Assembly (NCBI GenBank): GCA_903916665.1
Contig: CAIWXP010000038.1
Location: 1-9,225, forward strand
DNA: 9,225 nt
Direction: 5' to 3'
From: Candidatus Iainarchaeum sp.
Lineage (GTDB): Archaea; Iainarchaeota; Iainarchaeia; Iainarchaeales; 0-14-0-20-30-16
Below the pieces are notes generated by a model. That model worked only from the letters and a program-made list of their open reading frames with translations. It was not told the DNA's origin and did no database searches. The position numbers were made by a program, and so were the translations under genes. Within the stretch, counting starts at the first letter, position 1, and the number at the start of each line of letters is the position of its first letter. This document shows, piece after piece, positions 1-5,405 of the stretch.

Positions 1-66
1 AAATTAAGCATAAACTCGAAACCGTCGCCGCAAAATGATGGGCTTCGTTAAATCGTTACATCGTGA

Positions 67-558
67 ATGGTTGATGAATTAAATGGTGAAGTATGTTGTC
101 CTAGATTTGATCCTGCACCATGGGATGAGAAAACTATTGAATGGAAAAATAAATCATTTGTTAAGAAAAATATTTTTACTTTATTTTATATGCCCTTGAA
201 TATGGGCCCAACAGTTACGAAATTAATTAAAATTATGGAAAATGCAAAAGCAGTTCCAGAAAGCAAAAACTTTTTAATGTTGGCCTATTCTTCTAGCATG
301 TGGAAAACAGAATTATATTTACATGTAACAAAACAAGTTAATGGTTTAGATAATACTACAATATCAGGAAAATTCTTATCAAAGGTTTATGAGGGATCAT
401 TTAAAGATGCAAAATCTTGGTATTTGGATATGAAAGATTATACAAAAAGAAAAACAGGTAAAGAACCTAAAAAAATTTATTGCTATTATACAACTTGTCC
501 CAAATGTGTTAAGAAATATGGTAAAAACTATGTTGTGCTATTAGCACAGGTATTGTGA
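67..558 (+). CDS. Conserved cysteine-rich protein of unknown function (CCPxFDPxPW ... YYTTCPKCxKKYGKNYVV family, sometimes auto-annotated as hydrolase)
   Basis: 163-aa ORF. It has an N-terminal CC pair (EVCCPRFDPAPWDEK) and a C-terminal CPKC (YYTTCPKCVKKYGKNYVVLLAQVL). I recall these from a conserved uncharacterised family in methanogens and anaerobic bacteria. Its stop (556-558) lies 4 nt before the next gene's ATG, suggesting an operon. The start at 67 has no well-spaced SD. Confidence 0.7.
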   Translation: MVDELNGEVCCPRFDPAPWDEKTIEWKNKSFVKKNIFTLFYMPLNMGPTVTKLIKIMENAKAVPESKNFLMLAYSSSMWKTELYLHVTKQVNGLDNTTISGKFLSKVYEGSFKDAKSWYLDMKDYTKRKTGKEPKKIYCYYTTCPKCVKKYGKNYVVLLAQVL

Positions 559-562
559 AATT

Positions 563-1645
563 ATGATTAATAAAGATTTATTTGTTTATGGAATAGCAAA
601 AAAAGCATCTGAAAAAGATATTGAGAATGCAATAGAAAAAGTATTGTTAGAATCTACTAATGGTTTATCCTGGCTAAAAAAAGGAGATACTGTTTTATTA
701 AAACCTACTTTGAATTCCAATGATCCTTATCCAGCAACAACTGATCCTCTTACTTTGAAAGTTGTTGCAGAATTATTGCATAAAAAAGGAGCAAAAGTAA
801 TATTAGCAGATCAATCAGGAATAGAACATGTTATTCAAGATAAAACAGGAATCTTAAAAGGATCATCACAAAAATGCTTTGAAGACTCTGGAATGAATAA
901 ATCTGGGTTATATTTTAATGCTTTAGAAAAAAGAGGGTGGAATAGTTTTTATAAATTTAATAAAACTAAGGCGTGGACAAAAGGATTTTATATTTCTGAT
1001 ATAGTAAAAAATGTAGATCATATAATTAATTTACCTAGAGTTAGTACCCATGCCCAAGCAGGAGTAACTTTAGGTTTTAAAAACTTTGTGGGATTATTAA
1101 GAGAAGATAGTAGATTAGAATTCCATAATTCTGGTCCTTTTAAACAAGCAATAAATGCATTTGCAAAATCAAAAAGTAAAACATTAAAAACTAATTATGT
1201 TAATGAAAATAACTTCTTTGAGAAAATAACAGAAATAAGTTTAGCTACAAAAGACAAATTAAGATTAACATTATTTACAGCAACTAAACTACAAACTACT
1301 TTTGGGCCAGATAAAAAACTAATGGGATTGTTTACAAGTTATATTGTTGAACCCGAAATAGGATTGGTATTTGCTAGTTCAAATCAAGTTGCAACAGAAG
1401 CATTGGCAATAGCATTTTTAATTTTAAACTATAAAACAATTCCTGAAAACAAAAAGGTATTACAAAAACTATTAATAACAGCCAATGGCAAGATTAAAGA
1501 ATTAGGAAAAGAAAATGTTTGGGATAATTTGTTTATTAAAAGTGCTTTGAAACTAAAATTAGGAAATAAAAATTTTGATGTTAATTATAATAATGTTCCA
1601 ATTAAACTACAAAATGAATTAATGAATATATTAAATAATAAATAA
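563..1645 (+). CDS. DUF362 domain-containing protein
   Basis: 360-aa ORF with DUF362-type motifs: GDTVLLKPTLNS...PATTDP.LKVVAELL..KGAKVILADQSG near the N-terminus and INLPRVSTHAQAGVTLGFKNFVG in the middle. GTGA lies 4 nt upstream of the ATG. It abuts the upstream ORF. Confidence 0.8.
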   Translation: MINKDLFVYGIAKKASEKDIENAIEKVLLESTNGLSWLKKGDTVLLKPTLNSNDPYPATTDPLTLKVVAELLHKKGAKVILADQSGIEHVIQDKTGILKGSSQKCFEDSGMNKSGLYFNALEKRGWNSFYKFNKTKAWTKGFYISDIVKNVDHIINLPRVSTHAQAGVTLGFKNFVGLLREDSRLEFHNSGPFKQAINAFAKSKSKTLKTNYVNENNFFEKITEISLATKDKLRLTLFTATKLQTTFGPDKKLMGLFTSYIVEPEIGLVFASSNQVATEALAIAFLILNYKTIPENKKVLQKLLITANGKIKELGKENVWDNLFIKSALKLKLGNKNFDVNYNNVPIKLQNELMNILNNK

Positions 1646-1654
1646 AGTGATTTT

Positions 1655-1783
1655 ATGAATATTATAAAACAATATAGAGATGAGAAAAAAATTGAAGACT
1701 TAGAATACAGAAGAGAATTAGAAAATCAAAATTATTTTGAAGAAGAAAATGAATCAGAAGACGATTTCAAAAAATTTGATTAA
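1655..1783 (+). CDS. Hypothetical small acidic protein (42 aa, MNIIKQYRDEKKIEDLEYRRELENQNYFEEENESEDDFKKFD)
   Basis: Not in the supplied ORF track (too short). The ATG at 1655 is preceded by AGTGAT (1646-1651) with a 3-nt spacer, the same SD-like signal and spacing seen at other genes here. It begins 9 nt after the DUF362 stop. Its stop TAA (1781-1783) overlaps the convergent peptidase stop. Low-complexity E/D/K-rich and short, so it could be spurious. Confidence 0.35.
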   Translation: MNIIKQYRDEKKIEDLEYRRELENQNYFEEENESEDDFKKFD

Positions 1784-2307
1784 TCTAAATGTACAATTTT
1801 ATCTTCTTTGTAATAGGGCTTTCTGCCATAGACTATAATACCGTAATCAAAATACTTTTTATGATTATCAGTATCGTGCCATCGTTCTAAAAATTCTTTA
1901 TAGGATAAATAGGTTCTTACAATACTAGAAGGATCATCAAAAAAAATATAATGTGAATTATAACCAATTGCAACAACATAGTGCCCATCAATCCAATCAC
2001 GATTCCAATGAGATAATTTTTTATTGGGATGTGCTTGAATATCAACTATAATCGGAATATCCTTATCAATAAATTTTTTTATGTCGTCAATGTTTAAACC
2101 ACGTGCGTCTGCTTTAAAACCATAATGTTTCGCAACCTTAACTAGATTATCTATTGATGTACCTTCTTTGGGGTTTGTATGTGCATAATGCATTATATGA
2201 TCTTCTCTTGCATCTACACCATAGTAGGCTAAAACACTTTGCAAAGATTTTGCACCACAATCATAATTGTAGGTTTGTCTGGAAACAGGAAACTCTAATA
2301 TTTTCAT
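1780..2307 (-). CDS. Stand-alone papain-like cysteine peptidase, C39 (bacteriocin-processing peptidase-like) family
   Basis: 175-aa ORF. Q11-x5-C17 (RQTYNYDCGAKSLQSVLAYYG) followed by H109 (DGHYVVAIGY) and D125 (FFDDP). This reproduces the Gln/Cys/His/Asp arrangement and spacing of C39 peptidase domains. No signal peptide, TM segment or ABC-transporter fusion. Confidence 0.8.
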   Translation of the reverse strand: MKILEFPVSRQTYNYDCGAKSLQSVLAYYGVDAREDHIMHYAHTNPKEGTSIDNLVKVAKHYGFKADARGLNIDDIKKFIDKDIPIIVDIQAHPNKKLSHWNRDWIDGHYVVAIGYNSHYIFFDDPSSIVRTYLSYKEFLERWHDTDNHKKYFDYGIIVYGRKPYYKEDKIVHLD

Positions 2308-2332
2308 AATATAAGAAAAGAAATAAATTATA

Positions 2333-2340
2333 TAAAGTTA
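2333..2340 (-). promoter_or_regulatory. Putative archaeal TATA box (TTTATATA) for the C39 peptidase gene, implying a leaderless mRNA
   Basis: The minus strand reads TTTATATA, then 21 nt, then the ATG at 2307. There is no SD in between. This places the predicted transcription start at about the start codon. TATA-like strings are common by chance in AT-rich DNA. Confidence 0.35.
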
Positions 2341-2345
2341 TGCAA

Positions 2346-2615
2346 TCAAAAAAAGTCTAAATAATACTTTTCATACTCTTTATGATCACCAACAAAATAA
2401 AAATTAACTTGTTTTGTATCTTCAAATATCCTATATAATAATCTATATTGACCAATTTCATCAACAAAAAAATTAGCACCTGATTTCAAATGTCTTTTTG
2501 CAGGATATTCTAGAACTTTTGAGATTTTCTTTACAATACGAATTTTCAATTCACGAGATTGTTTATTAAAATACCTATTCCAATCTTCATCATAAGTAGC
2601 AATATATTCTGACAT
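2346..2615 (-). CDS. Type II toxin-antitoxin system toxin, RelE/ParE superfamily
   Basis: 89-aa ORF located 8 nt downstream of an RHH gene. It shows the typical RelE/ParE layout (IRIVKKISKVLEYP...KRHLKSG....YRLLYRI......VNFYFVGDHKEYEKYY). Confidence 0.75.
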   Translation of the reverse strand: MSEYIATYDEDWNRYFNKQSRELKIRIVKKISKVLEYPAKRHLKSGANFFVDEIGQYRLLYRIFEDTKQVNFYFVGDHKEYEKYYLDFF

Positions 2616-2623
2616 AAAACATA

Positions 2624-2869
2624 TTATTTAAGATATTTTTCGTATTCCCCTAATGCTTCTTTAGAATTTAATATTTTTCTTCTACCTGCTTTTGCTTCTG
2701 TATCTATATAATCTAATTTCTTATTAATTAACTCTATTTCTTTATTTAAATGTTCTTTTCCAAAATAAACAATTGCCATTCTTATTGCCTCAGATTGAGT
2801 ATTAGCATAACCTTCTTCAACCATTAAATCCAAATACTCTTTAGTTACTCCTCTCAATATAACATTCAT
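2624..2869 (-). CDS. Ribbon-helix-helix (CopG/Arc-like) antitoxin
   Basis: 81-aa ORF. N-terminal beta-strand plus two helices (MNVILRGVTKEYLDLMVEEGYANTQSEAIRMAIVYF), then a charged C-terminal tail. It sits directly upstream of the RelE-like gene. AGTGAT lies 5 nt upstream of the ATG. Confidence 0.7.
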   Translation of the reverse strand: MNVILRGVTKEYLDLMVEEGYANTQSEAIRMAIVYFGKEHLNKEIELINKKLDYIDTEAKAGRRKILNSKEALGEYEKYLK

Positions 2870-2900
2870 AATAAATCACTAATATAATTAGAAACAAATG

Positions 2901-2915
2901 ATTTAAATATGCTTT
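2901..2915 (-). promoter_or_regulatory. Putative BRE/TATA promoter of the RHH-RelE operon (AAAGCATATTTAAAT)
   Basis: The minus strand has AAAGC followed by ATATTTAAAT, 31 nt upstream of the ATG at 2869. The same AAAGC+TATA arrangement occurs upstream of the lipoprotein gene (4743-4756). Confidence 0.3.
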
Positions 2916-2937
2916 GTTTTTGATTCATTATTGATCT

Positions 2938-2977
2938 AAAAAGAACCCAAAAGGGTTAGAGGATTCTTCGAATCCTC
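2938..2977 (-). terminator. Two tandem hairpins plus a U5 tract immediately 3' of tRNA-His (terminator-like)
   Basis: On the minus strand, 6 nt after the tRNA 3' end, there is a perfect 8-bp stem GAGGATTC-GAA-GAATCCTC (2977-2959). Next comes a 5-bp stem AACCC-TTTT-GGGTT (2957-2944), then CTTTTT (2943-2938). Confidence 0.4.
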
Positions 2978-2983
2978 ATAAAG

Positions 2984-3056
2984 GACCTGGACCGGGATTT
3001 GGACCCGGGTCAGAAGATCCACAGTCTTCTATCCTAACCACTAGACCATCCAAGTC
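2984..3056 (-). tRNA. tRNA-His: tRNA-His (anticodon GUG) with encoded G-1, no encoded CCA
   Basis: Cloverleaf folded by hand from the minus strand. G-1 is followed by acceptor ACTTGGA/TCCAGGT (one T-G wobble) and C73 opposite G-1. D arm GTCT-AGTGGTTA-GGAT. Anticodon arm GAAGA-CTGTGGA-TCTTC (anticodon GTG). 4-nt variable loop TGAC. T arm CCGGG-TCCAAAT-CCCGG. The 8-bp acceptor with G-1:C73 is the histidine identity hallmark. Confidence 0.9.
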
Positions 3057-3061
3057 ATACA

Positions 3062-3080
3062 AGCTTTTTCAAAAAAAGCT
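3062..3080 (-). terminator. Hairpin with U7 tract (AGCUUUUU-UUG-AAAAAGCU) overlapping the stop codon of the AbrB-like gene
   Basis: Perfect 8-bp inverted repeat 3062-3069/3073-3080 with a 3-nt loop. The minus strand carries T7, the archaeal oligo-T termination signal. It sits between a TATA-like TTCTAAAAAT (3093-3084) and the tRNA 5' end (3056). Confidence 0.35.
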
Positions 3081-3321
3081 GACATTTTTAGAACATAGAG
3101 TAACATTTGTATCTAAACTAGGTTTTTCAAACTTTAATAATAAAGAATCATTATCCTTAAAAAGCTTTAGAATAACTCTTGAATCATTTTTATTTAAGCC
3201 TAAAGAATCTCTTATCTCTAAAGGTAAAACTAGTCTAGATTTAGAATCCAATGCAATTACATAGGTTACTTGGGTGATGAAGTTGATCCCTTCTGTTTAA
3301 TGTATTTGTATTTTCGCTCAT
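3069..3321 (-). pseudogene. AbrB/MazE/SpoVT-type DNA-binding protein gene with an apparent +1 frame disruption near the N-terminus (or sequencing error)
   Basis: The track ORF (3251-3069) starts at a TTG and begins MDSKSRLVLPLEIRDSLGL, the SpoVT-AbrB swapped-hairpin motif. The same frame stays open upstream to 3296 and encodes TEGINFITQVTYVIAL, which supplies the missing first beta-strand but contains no ATG/GTG/TTG. A strong start (GAGGTGAT-GATGAT-ATG, ATG at 3321) lies in the adjacent frame. That frame encodes only 26 aa before a stop at 3243-3241. Confidence 0.55.
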
Positions 3322-3423
3322 ATCATCATCACCTCACATGTATAAAATTCTAAAATCTTTTATTGTAATAATATAGGATTTATCCCACTATATAAAGATT
3401 TCCTAAGTTATGTTTACTACTCC

Positions 3424-4701
3424 TTAACCATTTATTGTTAAATTCCAATAGGTTAATTCCTGGCCTGTTGCTTGATCTTCAGTTTGAGGCCCAAATATTC
3501 TACTATTTTGTCCAATCAATTTATTTCCTGTGGCAAAACCATTAATAGATATTTGCATACTCACCATCATTGTTCCTTTACCTAATTGTTGATCTGGTAA
3601 AGTATCACAATAACTATCTCTTGTTGATGAAGGTATTTTATCATAATTTACATCAACATTAAAAAATGGAGAACCATAATAATGAGTATTTACATCAAAT
3701 CCTAAAAAAAGTTTTTTATTCTCAAGAGTTATTGGAATTTCTCCTGTACCTTCTTGTGTTGTAATTGTACATCCAGAATCAACAACACTTTTATAGGACC
3801 AAAGAAATTTTCCCTCTTCCAAATAATAATTCTGAAGTCCAACAGTCATACCATAGGCCTCATATTGTTTTAAGGTTGTTCCAATAATATCATACTTCTC
3901 AGATAAATAAGAATTTGGTTCAGTAGATTCATATTCATAGTGCATTCTACTACACATAGTTTCTGCAGTCTTTTCTTTTGCTTCTGCTTGGTTTTGCAAA
4001 TCTGTCCAACCTAATAAACCACATAAAATAGCAATTTCTTTTAATCTATTAACACAGGTATATTGATCATTTATCTCATTGGAAACTCTTTTCTTAATTG
4101 TATCCCAAACCTGTTGATTTATTTTTCCTGTTGTATCTAAACCCATTTTTTCAATTACTTCTAAAGCATTCAATAACATTGAATTAGAAGAATTAGGATT
4201 ATTTATTATATCTAATGCCCAATTTAATATTTTTGCTTTTGCTGTTGTATCAATTGCACCTTCATTTGGCAAACCTAAAGATTGTGCTAACCCCAAAGCA
4301 TTTAATAATTGCATAGGTGTTGCATTAGGATCATTTATTACTGCATTTGTTTGTGCTGTTGCTGCATCTGTTACTGCTTGTTGCTGTTGAGAAGTCTCTG
4401 TTCCTTGGGCTTGGGCATTGCCTAAATTATTTAATGCATCCTTTGTTGCTTGTTCAGAACCTTTAGGATTTGTAGGTTCAGGCTGTACTGCATTTGGATC
4501 ACTATTCACATTTATTACTTTAGGATCAACTTCACTAGGACCCCCATTATTTGGACTATTGGCAGTACCATTATTATTAGTTAAATTAGATTGTGTTGTT
4601 CCTAAGTTATTGTTATTAGTTGCATTAGAAACACAACCAGATAATAAAACAACACCAATTAAAAAAATACCCAATATAAAAATAGAAACTTTAGCAAGCA
4701 T
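3424..4701 (-). CDS. Predicted secreted lipoprotein with an N/T/Q/P-rich linker, LLNAL-type repeats and a Cys-containing C-terminal domain; function unknown
   Basis: The long ORF in the track starts at a TTG (4713). The ATG at 4701 is preceded by GGTGAT (4710-4705) with a 3-nt spacer. From that start the protein begins MLAKVSIFILGIFLIGVVLLSGC, a hydrophobic signal plus an L-S-G-C lipobox. About 100 residues of low-complexity N/T/Q/P/A sequence follow, then a roughly 300-aa non-repetitive region with 5 further Cys. Confidence 0.8.
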   Translation of the reverse strand: MLAKVSIFILGIFLIGVVLLSGCVSNATNNNNLGTTQSNLTNNNGTANSPNNGGPSEVDPKVINVNSDPNAVQPEPTNPKGSEQATKDALNNLGNAQAQGTETSQQQQAVTDAATAQTNAVINDPNATPMQLLNALGLAQSLGLPNEGAIDTTAKAKILNWALDIINNPNSSNSMLLNALEVIEKMGLDTTGKINQQVWDTIKKRVSNEINDQYTCVNRLKEIAILCGLLGWTDLQNQAEAKEKTAETMCSRMHYEYESTEPNSYLSEKYDIIGTTLKQYEAYGMTVGLQNYYLEEGKFLWSYKSVVDSGCTITTQEGTGEIPITLENKKLFLGFDVNTHYYGSPFFNVDVNYDKIPSSTRDSYCDTLPDQQLGKGTMMVSMQISINGFATGNKLIGQNSRIFGPQTEDQATGQELTYWNLTING

Positions 4702-4742
4702 AGCATCACCCAAACATCAACTGTCAGAATAATGTAAAAGAA

Positions 4743-4756
4743 GTATAAAAAGCTTT
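4743..4756 (-). promoter_or_regulatory. Putative BRE/TATA promoter of the lipoprotein gene (AAAGCTTTTTATAC)
   Basis: It lies on the minus strand, 2 nt after the fibrillarin stop codon. There are 42 nt from the TATA element to the ATG at 4701. That leaves room for a roughly 20-nt leader carrying the GGTGAT SD. Confidence 0.35.
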
Positions 4757-4758
4757 AC

Positions 4759-5394
4759 TTAAACTTTAACAATAATAAAATAATGATTCTTTTCAAAAGG
4801 ATTCAAATCTAAAACCTTTTCTACTCTTATCTTAGCCTCTTGGAACTTTCTTACGCTTATATCTAAAACTTGCTTAGGTTGCTTTGTTGAATCTATGCTA
4901 TTTGTTTTCAAAGCAATTGCGTGTGTTCCGGGCTTAGCAAAGAGTTTTATCAAATCAATAAATGTTTCAACCATATTCTTTTGTGCAATGTCTTGAAAAA
5001 CAAAATCAAACTTTTGGCCTTTTAATAAATCACAATCTTCCAAATGACCTGCATCAAATAATAAAGGAAAAACATTGTCTCTTTTTTTAGACAATTCTAA
5101 AAAAGGTAACATTGTAAAACTAGAAATATCAACACCAATAATTGATTTAGCTTCCAAATCAGATAAATGAGAAACTGTTGTTCCTGTCGATGAACCTAAA
5201 TATAAAACATCTTTGTTTTGTAAATCTGGCAAAATAAATCCTTTCTTTATTGCTGCAGAAATCTTTGAACTAAAAGGACTCCATTCTCTCAGATAATAAT
5301 TATCCTGTTTAATAATTACTTCATCATACCATTGTAATTTATCAGAACATTTGGTATACAATCTATCTTTCACATAAACTAAATTTTGATTCAT
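4759..5394 (-). CDS. flpA: Fibrillarin-like rRNA/tRNA 2'-O-methyltransferase (box C/D RNP catalytic subunit)
   Basis: Clear archaeal fibrillarin motifs: YREWSPFSSKISAAIKKG, the SAM-binding VLYLGSSTGTTVSHLSD, FQDIAQKNMVE, HAIALKTNSIDSTKQPKQV and NPFEKNHYFIIV. The track start at 5406 overlaps the upstream stop (TAATG). The ATG at 5394 has GGTGAT (5404-5399) with a 4-nt spacer and is my preferred start. Confidence 0.9.
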   Translation of the reverse strand: MNQNLVYVKDRLYTKCSDKLQWYDEVIIKQDNYYLREWSPFSSKISAAIKKGFILPDLQNKDVLYLGSSTGTTVSHLSDLEAKSIIGVDISSFTMLPFLELSKKRDNVFPLLFDAGHLEDCDLLKGQKFDFVFQDIAQKNMVETFIDLIKLFAKPGTHAIALKTNSIDSTKQPKQVLDISVRKFQEAKIRVEKVLDLNPFEKNHYFIIVKV

Positions 5395-5405
5395 AATTAT
5401 CACCA

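Noticed and set aside
1-66. Slightly GC-richer left edge that might hold the 3' end of a plus-strand gene (frame 1 stop at 49-51) or the 5' end of a minus-strand gene (ATG at 11-9)
   Set aside because: Fewer than 20 codons are visible in any frame and there is no recognisable motif. It cannot be supported from this window.
2959-2977. Hairpin GAGGATTC-GAA-GAATCCTC read as a possible tRNA T-arm remnant or att-site fragment (contains TTCGAA)
   Set aside because: It does not match the T arm of the adjacent tRNA-His (CCGGGTCCAAATCCCGG) and has a 3-nt rather than 7-nt loop. It is more simply part of a terminator-like tandem hairpin followed by a T5 tract.
1780-3056. Integrated mobile element or genomic island inserted at the 3' end of tRNA-His (TA module plus accessory peptidase downstream of the tRNA)
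   Set aside because: There is no integrase, recombinase or transposase gene. By eye I found no second copy of the tRNA 3' segment (e.g. ggacctggaccgggatttgg or shorter ccggg-containing pieces) that would mark an att site. There is no obvious compositional change. The TA-next-to-tRNA context is suggestive only.
3273-3335. Box C/D sRNA candidate suggested by GUGAUGA motifs (box C-like) on both strands near the AbrB-like gene
   Set aside because: No CUGA box D or D' at appropriate spacing and no second C' box. The GTGATGA strings are explained by the SD motif GGTGAT and its inverted copy. Other tgatga/tcatca occurrences in the window lie inside coding regions.
4418-4732. 104-aa plus-strand ORF antisense to the lipoprotein gene
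   Set aside because: It lies entirely within the much longer minus-strand ORF, which has a signal peptide, an SD and coherent domain structure. It has no start signal and a low-complexity translation (L/F/P/G-rich mirror of the N/Q/T stalk). It is a typical shadow ORF.
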